Assembly: GCF_036321535.1 (NCBI RefSeq)
Contig: NC_087437.1
Span: forward strand, 47,618,001-47,682,000
DNA from: Camelus dromedarius
Lineage: Eukaryota
Length of the DNA: 64,000 nt
Direction: 5' to 3'
The notes under the pieces are model-generated. The model saw only the letters and a program-made list of their open reading frames with translations, had not been told where the DNA came from and ran no database searches. A program made the translations under genes and the position numbers. This document shows, in pieces, positions 1 through 12,999 of the stretch. How positions within the stretch are numbered: position 1 is the stretch's first letter; each line of letters begins with the position of its first letter.

Positions 1-720
1 CTCCAGTCCTAGACAACCACTAATCTACTGTCTGACTCTATAAATTTGCCTCTTTGGGACATTTCATATAAATGGAATCATACAATTCAATATATGGTCA
101 TCTGGAAATGGCTTCTTTCACTTAGCATAACGTTTTCAAGGTTCATCCACATTGTAGCATGTATCAGTAAGTCATTTCTCTTTATTGGTGAGTAACACTC
201 CATTGTGTGGATAAACCACATTCTATTTATCCACTCATCAGTTGATGGACATTTGGATTGTTTCCACACTTTGGCTATTGTGAATAATGCTGCTCTGAAC
301 TCCCCACTTGAGTACAAGTACTTGTGCAAATGCAAGTTTTCTATTGTCTTAGGTACATATACCTTTGGGTGGAATTGCTGGGCCACAAAGCTCCATGTTT
401 AACTTTCTGAGGATATGCCAGACCATTTTCCAAAGCTATTCACTGTTTTACCTCCCATCCATGTATAAGGTTCCAATTTCTCCATATCCTCACCAACACT
501 TGTCATTTTCTTTTTTAATTATTATTACAGCCATCCTAGTAGGTGTGAAGTGATACTTCATTGTGGTTTTGATTTGCATTTCCCTGACAGCTAATGATGC
601 TGAGCATCTTTTCATGTGCTTATTGATTATGCTGTATCTCCTTTGGAGAAATGCTTCTTCCTTTGCCTGTTTTAGATTGGGGTGTCTTTTTACTATTAAG
701 TTGCAATAGCTTTGTAATAG
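1..720 (-). mobile_element. LINE-1 3' end fragment (L1MB-like)
   Basis: Minus-strand ORF 87..386 gives L1 ORF2 C-terminal motifs (AALFTIAKVWKQSKCPSTDEWINRMWFIHTMECY); typical antisense L1 3' sequence. Boundaries approximate. Confidence 0.85.
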
Positions 721-1584
721 GTAGACGTGTTCATGCTTTGGACATCATCCTTATTTCATAAACGTGCAGATGACTATTTCCACATGTTTCCATCAGATAT
801 ATCTCTCACTAGTGAAGTGATTCTCAACTTGGAGGAACTGGTCATGGAAATTCACCTGATGAGACAACTAAGTTTAATTTGGAAGATCAATCGCAAAGAA
901 CTGCCTTTTGGGAAATGCTTTCTCCATTCAGAAGCTGGAGACTAATTATAAGAAAACACCTTAGCAGATTGAACTGAGGTATTAACATTAATTAGCCTTT
1001 CCACCCTGAGGAAGCTCAAAGAAGTTTCAGCTGACATTTGTGAACTAGCTTAACCAAACTGTACATAGACTTTAATTCCATGAAGTCTAATTTTAACGTT
1101 GCTCAGAATACACTGTAGACTAATTGAGTGATCCTCTACCCTGGTCTCTCATTATTATGACTTGTTGAGTTGTATGCGTTTATTTTCTCCTTAACGCTCA
1201 TTCCCTAACCCTTATCTGAGAGTTCTTTGATGGAACATACTTGGGGTAGGTCCCCAGTGTTTGTATTTTTAGAAAGTACCACAGGTGATTCCTATGCCAA
1301 CCAGGACTTGGAATCAGAGAAATGAGCTGAAATGGTGAAATCTGGTTCTAACCAGGTCTGCCATAACTCGCCCCTTTAATCCTGAGCAGTTCCCTGAAAT
1401 CTGCCTGATAAACAGAGGTCCCTTGGCAAAAAAAAAAAAAAAAAAAAAGAAAGAAAAAGAAAAAAGGATGGTAATGACCATAACCACTTTCCAATAGCTC
1501 ATGTGAGAGAAAAAACTGACATGCCAGATTTTATAAAAGTGCTCCAAAATGTATCATGTAAACACTGAGTTATTGTTATTATAA

Positions 1585-2045
1585 AATCCAATGGCCACCT
1601 TGTTTTACTCAACAGTTTACCAGCATCAGACTCATCTGGCCTCTCCCTTTTTGAAACACTGTCTTCTCATGGCTTCTCATGACACTCCCCTGGTTCCCTT
1701 CCCTCAGGGACCGCTCCTCATCCATGTTCTTTTCTGCTTTCACGTGCACTATTGGGGCTCTAAAGGTTGGACCACCCAGGGCTCACTCATGGTTTCCCTC
1801 ATTTTCTCTATATACACTCTCTCCCTTGGAAACCCCATCCAATTTCATGATCTATGGATTTAACATAAACATCTCTATAATCACGACCCCTAAGATTTAT
1901 GTCTCTAGCCCTTGTGTTTATCGGCAATCTAAGTGCCTACTTGACCTCTCCATTTGGAGGTCAAACCATCTCAAACTGAACATGTCTGAAAGAGAATTCC
2001 TGATTTCCACTCCCCACATTGTTGCTCCCACTAATCCTTTCCATT
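1585..2045 (+). mobile_element. LINE-2 fragment (decayed RT region)
   Basis: L2-like phrases AAATCCAATGG, TTGAAACACTGTCTTCTCATGGCTTC, CATCTCAAACTGAACATGTC. Confidence 0.7.
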
Positions 2046-2047
2046 TC

Positions 2048-2072
2048 TGTGTGTGTGTGTGTGTGTGTGTGT

Positions 2073-2125
<53 letters not shown>
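2048..2125. repeat. Compound (TG)n(GA)n microsatellite
   Basis: Directly visible dinucleotide runs. Confidence 0.97.
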
Positions 2126-2130
<5 letters not shown>

Positions 2131-2235
2131 TTACAAGGAATTAGTTTATCTTACTATGAAGGGTGTCTAAGCAAGTTCAAATTCCACAGGCAGGTTCAAA
2201 CGTCAAACTTCACAGGCACAACTGAAGGCACCATC
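2124..2235. mobile_element. MLT2-type (ERVL) LTR fragment
   Basis: GATTTATTACAAGGAATTAG...CAAGTTCAAATTCCACAGGCAGG following a dinucleotide run resembles MLT2. Confidence 0.5.
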
Positions 2236-2751
2236 CATCTGACATTTGGCCAATAATCAAGTTAATCCATGGACATTCCAAGCTCCCTACCATCCCTGGC
2301 ATTTGGTATTGTCATTCCTCAAAAAAGCTACTCAAAGAGATTTCTGAGTCTAGCTCCCTCACTTCCTCTGGTCTACACACTTTAGTAAGGTAGTTTGATC
2401 AATGAATGTGGTTGTTCCCAGACAGAGATTTTTTTTTTCCACATATCATTTGAGCTGTATGGATATAGAGGACCACACTAGACCAAACATTTTCCTATTG
2501 CAGTTAATTTGCATCTCTGAATTATTCACATGGTAACTAAGTTCACCTGGCTCCTAATTGCATAAGATGTTTTAAAGACAAAACCCTCTTTTCTTTATAA
2601 TCTATGAGTTATGGGATTTTTTTTTCCCCTGTAAGATTCTTTGAAAGCCTATCTTAAAATACTTTCTTGAGTTAAGAAAAGTAATCTATAAATTTTTCTC
2701 TTGAACCACAATTAATTTAAGATACAGGATACTTAACATATCTCTAAGGAA

Positions 2752-3058
2752 AATTTTTTTCTTCAGATATAACTAACATATAACATTATATTAGTTTCAG
2801 GGGTACAACATAGTGATTCAAAATATGTAAATATTGCAAAATGATTACCACAATAAGTCTAGTTAACATCCATCACAATGCAAAGTTGCATTTTTTTCTT
2901 ATGATAAGAACTTTTAAGATCTACTGTCTTAGCAACTTTCAAACATACAGTACAGTATTATTAACTATAGTCACCATGCTGTACATTAGATCCCTAGGAC
3001 TTATTTCTTTTATAACAGGAAATTTATACCTTTTTACTACCTTCACCCATTTCACTCA
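2752..3058 (-). mobile_element. LINE-1 3' end (L1MA9-like)
   Basis: Poly-T followed by antisense L1 3'UTR (GTTTCAGGGGTACAACATAGTGATTC...GTCACCATGCTGTACATTAGATCCC). Confidence 0.8.
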
Positions 3059-3329
3059 TGCTTCAGTCTTCCCATATGTAAAGAGAGAATAATAATATAT
3101 ATTCCACAGGGTTATTAAGAGGTTTAAAAGAGCAAGATGTCTAGAATTGGTAGGTACATAATAATCATTGTTACTAATAAATAATTTTTTTTAGAGTTTG
3201 CACTTTTAGAAAACCTTGATGCACATGAGAATTATCTGGGAAACTTTTCAAAGTTGTTGATGCCTGGGCTTCACCCCTGAGATCCTGATTTACTTAGTCT
3301 GGAGCCTGGGCATTTTTGAAATATTTTAC

Positions 3330-3772
3330 ACAATTTATGTATGTGATTATTCATAGTAGATTCCTTTCAGATAGCCCCAAACTGCAAACAAGCAAAATTC
3401 TCCACAATGCTTGAATGGTTAAACAGACTACGGTATCTCTATAACATGGAATACCACTTGGCAATGAAAACAATCTACTGATATATGCAGCAACTTGGAT
3501 GGAACTCAAGGGCATTATGCTGAGCGGAAAAAAAGCCAATCTCAAAAGGTTACATATGCATGATTTCATTTATATGATTCTTGAAATGAAAAAAATTATA
3601 CAGATAGAGAACAGATTAGTGGTTGCCAGGGGTTAGAGATGAGGTGCAAGAGTGAAGGGGATGGGTGTGAATGTACAGGGGAATCACAGGGATCTTTGTG
3701 GTGATGGAATAGCTCTGAATCTCGATTGCAGTGTTGGTCACATGAATCTATATGTTAAAATTGCATAGAACT
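3330..3772 (+). mobile_element. Old LINE-1 3' end (L1MC/L1ME-like)
   Basis: ATAGCCCCAAACTG...GCAACTTGGATGGAACTC...GAACAGATTAGTGGTTGCCAGGGG motifs. Confidence 0.75.
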
Positions 3773-3774
3773 AA

Positions 3775-4246
3775 ATGCCAGAAGAAGAACTAAGCAAAAT
3801 AGAGAAAGGCAATCTATCTGAGAAAGGGTTCAAGGTAATTATTGTAAAAATGATCAAAGAATTCACAAGAAGGCTAGATGAACAGAATGAGAAGTTAGAA
3901 ATTTTTAACAAAGAGATAGGAAATAAAAAGAAGAACCAAACAAAAATGAAGAATACAATAACTGAAACGAAATGTACACTAGAAGGAATGAATAGTAGGT
4001 TAAATGATACAGAGGAGGAATGGATCAGGAAGATGGAAGGTAGAGTGGTAGAAATCATTGATGCTGAACAGAAAAAAGAGTGAAAAGAAATGAGGACAGT
4101 TTAAGAGACCTCTGGGACAACATCAAGCACACTAATATTTGCATTAGTGGGATTAGGGATCCGACAAGGAGGAGAGAGAGAAAGAAGCAGAAAACATATT
4201 TGAAGACATAATAGCTGAAAACTTCCCTACCCTGGGAAAGGAAACA
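3775..4246 (+). mobile_element. LINE-1 ORF1 fragment (coiled-coil region)
   Basis: ORF 3775..4083 (KGFKVIIVKMIKE...MKNTITETKCTLEGMNSRLNDTEEEW) followed by decayed LRDLWDNIKHTNI and IIAENFP motifs of L1 ORF1p. Confidence 0.85.
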
Positions 4247-4346
4247 CTAACTCTTTTTGTTAACTCAGTCACAAATATTAAATAAGCAGGGAGGGAATTA
4301 GGATTTGCTCAGATTGTTAGTTAACAATCTAGTCCCTGGGAGAGCT

Positions 4347-4402
4347 AAAGAAAAGAAAAGAAAAGAAAAGAAAGGAAAGAAAAGAAAAGAAAAGAAAAAA
4401 AA
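4347..4402. repeat. (GAAAA)n pentanucleotide repeat
   Basis: Directly visible. Confidence 0.95.
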
Positions 4403-7275
4403 TCAGACTCCAGACTAACTAAATCAGATTCTGACACAAGGATTCTCACATTCTAGAGCCTGAGATTCTGCATTTATAAGATCTCAGATGAGTAGCAAAG
4501 ACCAACTCCTGCCAAGAAAGGAGCACCACTACACCAGAAAGATGTGCTACCACATATAAGTATAAGCTTTCGTTAATATGTATAAGAATACTAGTCATTA
4601 CTTTTTTTTTTAATCTCCTCACCAAAAATAACTGCTACCCCTGGAAAGTATTATGAAGCTCCAAATTGTTCTGAAAATGAAATATATCTGCAAATATAAG
4701 CAAGTAAAAATCTTTATTTATTTACAAACATTCCCATAATCACCACATATATCTGCATTAATAAGGTATAAGATCTATCCAAAGGAGAAAGGGTCCTGAA
4801 GACACTAAACTAGCCTTCACAGACACAGAAGAGAGCCATGGAGAGAAAAGTATAAGTCATCCTTATGCTAACTGGAGTTGGAAGAATTATTTGCTCTAAA
4901 TTAGACAAGCCTGGTGGAGAACTGCTAGGAGCCATCTCTACCTGGGATGTGTCTGCTGCTGGCTGTGCCCCTCCCTAGTCCCCCCACCTGCCGCTCCTCA
5001 CTCAGCATCCATACTGATCCACAGTGAGGGAAAGGAGTCAGATGCACAGAGAGAAACAGGAGAGAGAGAAATTGAGAAACTGTTTTATGGTTCTAGTCAT
5101 TTCCACCCATCCACCTTCCTTTCTCAGTTATTATGATTTTTAAAACAATGTTTTATTTATATCAAAGTAATATATGTACATTTTTAAATTAAATCATTTT
5201 ATTAGGTTTCTACTATACAACAGCAGTCCCTTCCTTCAGCCTTCCTCATACCCAGTTTCTGTCCCCAAAAGACAATCCAACTTTTTTGGCTCTGACACTT
5301 TCCTATGTTATTTTTTTCTCCTTTCAAAAAAAAATAGCTAATTTTTTCCTATGTATTTTTAAACAGCATGATTATAGGGAAACTTCACTTTTCAAATTTA
5401 GTTGTCTTTTACTGGCATTCTACTCTTGATCAAAAACTTTTAGATCTCTTATACTTCCGTCTATTTCCAGGGAACAACTTCCCTCCAACACACATACACA
5501 CATACTCGCTCACTCTCCCTTCTACACGGTTTTCTTGGTTAAATAAATATCTATTATCTCTATTATAACAACTTTGTAAATACATATCACTCCCACCTGA
5601 GCCATTTCCTTTCTTACATGCTCTTAATTTCCTGTGGAGTTAATAAATGCTTCATTTAGCTTAATTTTCTAATTCATTTCAAGTTCTGGGCCAGAACTGC
5701 AAATCTCCTCTTGATGCTTTAAAAAAAAATATCAGGTACTCTACTGGGTTAACTATTTACTTACTTCATTTTTAAATGCAGACATGTCTGGAGCCCTCCA
5801 CCTTCCTGCTCTAATCTGGGTTATTTTTATTCTAGGCCTACTGCAATACTGTGTTCTGGAAATTATTTTTCCATCATCCTGGGAATTCACAGCTTTCTCA
5901 TATGTTGTGTTCCCTATTTCTGAGCCCCTATATTCCTTCCTTGATTCACTCCCTTATTTTAATGGATTTCATGCTCCAGAGCTTTCTGGAAAAGAGCACA
6001 CTGGAGTAAGGATTCTGAAGTTTTACTTGTCTGTTCTACCCTCACATCTGATTGATAGTATGGTAGCTATAGAATTCTAGGTTGGACTCCATTTTTCCAT
6101 GGAATTTTGAAGGCATTGCTTTATTGTGGTCCAGCTTTCCTCTCCTTTGTATGTGATCTGTTCCCCACTCCAACCCTAGAGTTTCAGAATCTTCTCTTTA
6201 ACCCTAATATTCTAAAATCTCATAATGCCCTTTTTGTTTCAAGGTGTTTTTGTCTTGTTTTGTTTTTGTTTGTTTGTTTTCGTTCATTTTGCTAGGCATT
6301 CAGGGAAACCTTTCAATCTAGAGACTCATGCCCTTATCTTCTGAGAAATGTTATATTTTTTCCCTTTGATTACTTCTTCTCTTTTCTATCTTCTGTCTTT
6401 CTGAAACTCCTTTATTTGGATATTGGTCCTGCTCAAATGGTCCTATTTCCTTATGTTTTCTCTTCTTATTCAGTTCTCTTTTTTCCTGCTTTGAAGGAGA
6501 TGTCTTCAGTTTTGTCTCCTAAAGCTTCTATTAATTTAATTGTTTACATAGCACATGGAAATATAGCCATTATTTTATAATAACTTTAAATGGGAGTATA
6601 ATCTATAAAAATATTGAATCACTATGTTATACTCCTGAAACTTCAAATCAACTATACTTCAAAAAATTTTTATTTTGTTAATTTAACCAATACCTTTTTA
6701 TTTTTCAAAAACTCTTCCTTGACTGCTGAATATTCATTTTTAGAGCAGTCTTTCCTCATTTCATGGATTCACTATCATCTTCTGTTCCTTGGATTATCTC
6801 TTTTCTTCTGAAATTTTTAAAAATGTTTTATCTTCTCTTTCAGATTAAATGATTTCCCCAAATCTCTTGTGATTCTTGGGTGCTGTCCATATTTAAGAGT
6901 AAGGCATGAAAAAGCTAGCTAGAAGCTAAGTGTGGATTTCACTATAAGGTGATCAGGCTGGGATCCATACTGCCAATATCTGTAAGTATTTTTCCTTGGA
7001 TTAACTGGTTTCCCAAGAGATGAACCATCCCATTACTAAGCCTGAATATCAGTCTTCTGACAGCTTTGTGTGGGAAAGAGGCTGGAGTCTAACCATTAAC
7101 TCTGTAAACTTTCCTCAGCTCCCACTCTCAGTAGGACCTTCTGTCCCTTTGCTATTTCTCGTATTTCCAAATCTAGTCTCTAATTCAACCTCTCTAATGA
7201 GTAAACTTTCAGTCTTCTATTGGGGTAGTGAGTAGGAGCCTGGCTACATAAAGAAGAGAAAAAATTCTAGACACT

Positions 7276-7627
7276 TGTATTAATCCACTCATGCTGCTAT
7301 AACAAAAATACCCTAAACTGAATGCTTTAAACAACAAACATGTATTTCTCACAGTTCTGGAGGCTGGGAAGTCTAAGATCAAGATGCCAGCAGATTTGGT
7401 GTCTGGTGAGAGCCTATTTCCTGGTTCATAGATGGCTGTCTTCTCACACTGTGTTCTCACATGGTGGAAGGGACAAGGGAGCTCTCTGGGGTCAATCCCA
7501 TACATGAGGGCTCCACCCTCATGACCTGATCACCTCCCAAAGGCCCCACCTCCTAATAACATCACATAAGGGGTCACGATTTTAACATATCAACTTTGGA
7601 GGGGACACATACGTTCAATCCATAATA
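7276..7627 (-). mobile_element. MaLR solo LTR (MLT1A-like)
   Basis: CTCACAGTTCTGGAGGCTGGGAAGTCTAAGATCAAGATGCCAGCAGATTTGG...CACCTCCCAAAGGCCCCACCTCCTAATA hallmark of antisense MLT1A; ~350 bp. Confidence 0.85.
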
Positions 7628-7792
7628 AGCCCTAACTGCTTTCTTATGTAGACTTTCTTTTTCATCCAGACTTTCTCATATTTTCAGTCTCACTCATACC
7701 CGTGCCTGTTGTGTCTAACTCGAGGCTTTCCAGGATTCTGCTGTGAAAACTGGCCTGCTCCTTGGAGTTACCCTCTTGCAGGCAGTTAGATC

Positions 7793-8275
7793 TGAGAAAA
7801 TGAAAAACAGCCCTGCTGGCAATCAGATGTGATATTCCTAACAGAACATAAACAATGTTTCCAAGGGACATGGACAAGGTCATATAAACAGCATTTCTAT
7901 ACAAGGCCATACCACAGCTGCAAAAATGACTAATAATCTTTTCTTCTAAGTGATTGCTGTTTTGTTACCAATGACATCTCCGGTCTGGTTTTGTTCTTTC
8001 AGTCTCCTGAAAAAAAGATTTCTGAGATATCCAAGTGCTGAAATGCCCTGATTTCTCAACCACATCCCATCCAGAGATGGTACCTCACTTCCCTGATCCC
8101 TCCTTAGAATCAGGCAGCAAAAACTCAACCCTCCAAGAATTCTTTCCCAATTCTCCCTTACTGAGATGCTTCCAGGATTCCTCTGGGGTGTGTTCCCCCT
8201 CACTGCAGAAAACTAAACAAATACAACATTGTTGAACTCTAGGTGTGTTCCTGGTGATCTCTGATGGGTGAACAT
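7793..8275 (+). mobile_element. Possible ERVL-type LTR
   Basis: Begins TGAGAAAATGAAAAACAGCCC, ends ...GAACA, LTR-like composition and size; family not identified, no TSD seen. Confidence 0.35.
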
Positions 8276-8499
8276 TGACAGAATTCAGCTTTCTGTGGTC
8301 TGCTAGGTTAGTTAACTCTTGTATACCTTCTTCCCAGGTTCTAAAATATTGTTGACCCCTCTCTCTGAGGTGACCACAGTTGTATCCCCCTTTTCCCACT
8401 TGCTATGAGCCAATTCTCTAATGCCTAAAATTGTTAAAATCAGATTTCTATCATTTGCAACAGGCTCCTGAGAGGGTTAATGGCAGAAAATCCACCAGT

Positions 8500-9560
8500 A
8501 AATAGATCTGAGATAGCATCTCCCATGCACCGCATGTAAGCCATGACACTGAATCCTGAGCATATATCTCCAGACTAAGGCTTTCTACGAAGTGTTAGAC
8601 CTGCCTACCAAACTCTATCGTATGTCAAGTTCAACAAAATCAAAACTTAATTCATCCTCTTTTGCTACCACACTTGCTCCCCCTCTTGCACTCCCTATGC
8701 CAGTTAATCTACCATTTAATCAGTCACACAAGCCAGACACTGGAAATTCATTCTATACTATTTCCTCTTTTTCATCTCCAAACATCCTCTTATTATTAAG
8801 TTCTGACAAATTTACCTCCTAAATACTTCTTGAATTTGTCCTGTTCCTCTGTCCTTAACACTACAGTCTTATTTCAAAGTCTTTATCATCTGCCATCTAG
8901 AATAATGCAACAGCTTTTTAACTCTTCTCTCTACCTCCTGGGAAGCAATCCTTATTCCATACTGTTATTGCTAGAAGTCACCATTAAAATGCAAATCTGA
9001 GGTGAGGAGGGTATAGCTCAAGTGGTAGAGTGCATGCTTAGCATGTATGAGGTCCTAGGTTCAATCCCCAGTATCTCCTCTAAAAATAAATCAACAAATA
9101 AACCTAATTACCCTCCCCCCAAAAATGCAAATCTGATGATTATGCCACCACTTGCCAATGGCTTCCTTCTGGCTACAGGATAAAGTCAAAGGTCCTTACC
9201 AAGACAACCCCCCCACACCCCCAGACCTGGTCACTGTCCATTTCTCCAGTCTAAAAACACATCCAACTTCAAATTGAATGCTTTATTCCAGAAATACCAA
9301 ACAGGTTGTTTCTCATCTCCTTTGTGTATGTGTTCTCTCCAGCCAACAAAACTTCCCTTTCTTTGTCACATGGTTGACTCCTACTTATTTTCCAAGAAGC
9401 CCTGCCTACCCTACCCTTCCCAGGCCAGGCAACATTTGTCTAACCCAGAAGACTATCAGGTCCTCATGGGTAGGGGCTTTCTTTTATTCAATCTTGTATT
9501 TCCCAGTGAGTAGCATAAACAGAGGCACATGACATACATTCTACAAATAATCAAATAGTT
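8500..9560 (+). mobile_element. LINE-2 3' fragment, interrupted by a SINE
   Basis: L2-like text continues on both sides of the SINE (AAAATGCAAATCTGA...CAATGGCTTCC...GGATAAAGTCAAA). Confidence 0.6.
9001..9121 (+). mobile_element. tRNA-Ala-derived SINE, Vic-1-like (camelid), full length with 15-bp TSD
   Basis: A box TAGCTCAAGTGG, anticodon arm GCATGCTTAGCATG, B box GGTTCAATCCC, A-rich tail; perfect TSD AAAATGCAAATCTGA at 8986-9000 and 9122-9136 at a TT|AAAA L1-endonuclease site. Confidence 0.92.
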
Positions 9561-9574
9561 AAATAATTGTTATC

Positions 9575-12500
9575 ACTTGAACTAGGATGTTACACCTATA
9601 TGGTATTTTATATAAGCCTCATGGTAACCACAAAGGAAAACCTGAAGTAGATATGGAGAAGATAATGATAAAGGAATCAAAGCACACTGCCATAAAAATT
9701 TATCAAATCACAGTGGAAGACAGCAAGAGAGGGATCAAGAAACAAACGATCTATAAAACAGAAAAGAACTGACAAAATGGAAATAGTAAGTCCTTACCCA
9801 TCAATAATTACTTTCAAAATAATTGGATTAATTTCTCTAATCAAAAGACATGAAATGGATGAATGAATAAAAGAAATTACATCCAATGATATGCTGCCTA
9901 CAAGAGTTTCACTTTAGCTTTAAGGGACACACGTAGGCTGAGAGTGAACAAATGGAAAAAGATATTCCAAGCAAATGGTAACCAAAAAAGAAGGGACAGA
10001 CTTTAGCTAAAATGTACTCTAAGTTAATAATGGCCAATACAGACAAAGATGCTTACTATATAAAGATATAAGGGTCAATTCATCAAGAAGATATAACAAT
10101 ATTAAATATTTATGCACCCAACATCAGAGCACCTAAATGTATAAAACAAATACTAACTGAACTAAAATAGAAATAAACAGCAATACAGTAACAGTTGGGG
10201 ACTTTAATACCTAACTCTCAGCAGTGGATAGATAATCTATACAGAGACTCAGTAAAGAAACAAGTTTGAACTACACTGTAGATCAAGTAAATACAGATAC
10301 AGAACATTCCATCCAACAGAAGAATACACATGCTTCCCAGGCACACACACGGAACATTTTCTAGAATAAGATCATATGTTAAGCCATGAAACAAGTATCA
10401 ACAAATTCAAGAAAGTAGAGATTACACTAAGTATCTTTTCCAACATAATGGTATGAAACTAGAAATCAACAACAGTAGGAAATCTGGAAAATTCACAAAT
10501 ATGTGGAAATTAAGCAACACATTCCTGAAAAACCAACGGATCAAAAAAGAAATGAGAAATTTAAAAAAAATCTTGAGACTAACAAAAATGGAAACACAAC
10601 ATATCAAAATTTGTGGAATGCAACAAAAGCAGTTCTCAGAGGAAAGTTTATAGCTATAAATACCTATCTTAAGAAAAAAAGAAACATCTCAAATAAACAA
10701 CCTAACAGTACACCTTGAGGAACTATAAAAAGAAGAACAAACTAAGTCCAAAATTAGCACTAGAAAGGAAATAATAAACATTAGAGAAGAAATAAATGAA
10801 ACAGAGGGTAGGAAAACAATAGAAAAGACAAATAAAACTAAGAGTTGATTCTTTGAAAGGATTAACAAAATTGACAAACCTTTAGCTAGGCTATACGCTA
10901 ACAATGAACTACTTGAAAAACAAAGAAAACAATCCCATTTACAATAACATCAAAAATAATAAAATACTTAGAAATAAATTTAGCCAAAGTGAAAGGTCTA
11001 TACACTGAAAACTATAAGACTGATGAAAGGAATTGAAAAAAAAACACCAACAAATGGAAAGATAGTCCATGTTCATGGGTAAAAGAATTAATATTGTTAA
11101 AATGCCTGCCCATACTGCCCAAAGCCATCCATAGATTCGATTCAATGTAATCCCTATCAAAATTCCGATGGCTTTTTTTTCCACAGAAATATGTATATGG
11201 AACCACAAAAGACCCTAAATATCCAAAGCAATCTTCAGAGAGAAGAACAAATCTGAAGGCATTACAGTTCCTTGTTTCAACCTATATTATAAAAATATAG
11301 TAATCAAAACAGTATGGTATGGGTGGTACCAACTAGGACCCTGCAGCCCCCATCCCCACCCCCGGTTCTTGTTTATAGACAAGCTGAAGTCTCCCAGGTC
11401 TTCCTGAGTCATCAAAGAGCAGGCTCAAGCCACTGATGACTAGGAAAATCTGCACACGGGGTTCAGGGGGGATAGTGATGATTCTGACCATCTATCTCAA
11501 TGATTACTCAACTGAGATTACATCCCCATTTCCCCCTCATGGCTGAGCAGACTTTTCAGAGATGGTTTTTGGGGGACACTGAGTCCACCAGATTGCCAGC
11601 ACTCTGATTAAAAGCAACTTTCCTCTTTGTTACCAAGGCTGTTGTCCCCAGGATCATACCTCTGCCCCTTCCTTGAATAGAAACCAACTACTTTTATTTA
11701 AATCTCAGGAAGCAGCCACAAAGAGAAGATATAAGAACTGGTTAGAACCAATGAGGCCCAAGATAGCGGAGGATTTGACCATCTATCTGAAAAGGGGTTA
11801 CTATCCAAACTATATAAGGAACTCATACATCTCAGTGGCAAGAAACAAATAATCTAATTTAAAATGGGCAAAGGACTTAAATAGGCATTTTTCCAAATAA
11901 GATATACAGATGGCTAACAGGAATATGAAAAGGTGCTCAACATCACTAAAAACCATGGAAATGTAAACCAAAACCACAATGAGATATCACCTCACGTTTG
12001 TTAGAGTGGCTATTATCAAAAAGATAAGAGGTAACAAGTGCTAGCAAGGACGTGGAGAAAAGTAAGTGGGAATGTAGATTTGCACAGCCACTATGGAAAA
12101 CAGTATGGCGGTTCCTTAAAAAAATTAAAAGTAAAAGTATATAATCCAACAATTCCAATTATGTGTACATATCCAAAAAGAAGTGAAATCACTACATTGA
12201 AGAGATATCTGCACCCCTATATTTACTGCAGCATTATTTGCAATAGCAAAAACATGGAAACAACTTAAGTGTCCATCTGTGGATGAATGGATAAAGATTT
12301 TTGTGAGATATACATATATATATATTTGTGATATCATATATATATATTTCAGTCATAAAAAAGAAAGAAATCCTGTAATTTGCAATAACATGGATGAATT
12401 TTGAGTGCTTTATGCTAAGTGAAATAAGTCACAGAAAGACAAATACTGTACGATCTCACTTATATGTGGAATCTAAAAGAAATACTCACAGAAACAGAGA

Positions 12501-12870
12501 ACAGATTGATAGTTTCCAGGAGCCAGTGGGGAAGTGGTAAGGGAAATGGGCGAAGGTGGGCAAAGGGCACAAACTTTCACTTATAAGATGAATAAATCCG
12601 GGGGATCTGATGTACAGCATAGCGACTGTAGTTAACGATATTTTATTGTATGCTTGAAATTTGCTAAAAGAAAAAATCTTAAAAGTTCTTTCCACACACA
12701 CACACATACACACAATGGTAACCACATGTGGCAGTCCATGTGCTAGCTAATCTTACTGTGGTAACCATTTTGTGATATGCGTGTACATCAAGTCATCACA
12801 TTGTACACCTTAAGCTTACACAATGTTATATATCAATTATATCTCAAAAAAGCTGGAAAAAATAAAAGAT
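9575..12870 (+). mobile_element. LINE-1 (L1MA9-like), 5'-truncated, internally deleted
   Basis: ORF2 start region near 9777 (ATGGAAATAGTAAGTCCTTACCCATCAATAATTAC), EN-domain remnants ([45 protein letters not shown]), C-terminal ORF2, 3'UTR ending TCAATTATATCTCAAAAAAGCTGG plus A-tail. Confidence 0.9.
11320..11780. mobile_element. ERV LTR-like insert within the L1
   Basis: Abrupt switch from A-rich L1 ORF2 to balanced LTR-like sequence with ATTAAA signal and CCAAT; L1 resumes at ~11781. Confidence 0.6.
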
Positions 12871-12999
12871 TTTTTTAAATGGGTCAAGGGATCTGGCAGA
12901 AAATAAAAATAATTTTGAAATTGCAGTCTCCATAGAAATTTGGTAAGAAATGTTGCTCACTATAAATAATATTAGCAAAAGCTTACAAAGAAATCAAAT

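Noticed and set aside
4488..4560. Exon-like purine-rich segment after ATCTCAG
   Set aside because: The apparent acceptor is part of a MER5-like remnant and the donor is poor.
9008..9080. tRNA-Ala gene
   Set aside because: Degenerate stems, A-rich tail, TSD and a second dispersed copy show it is a SINE.
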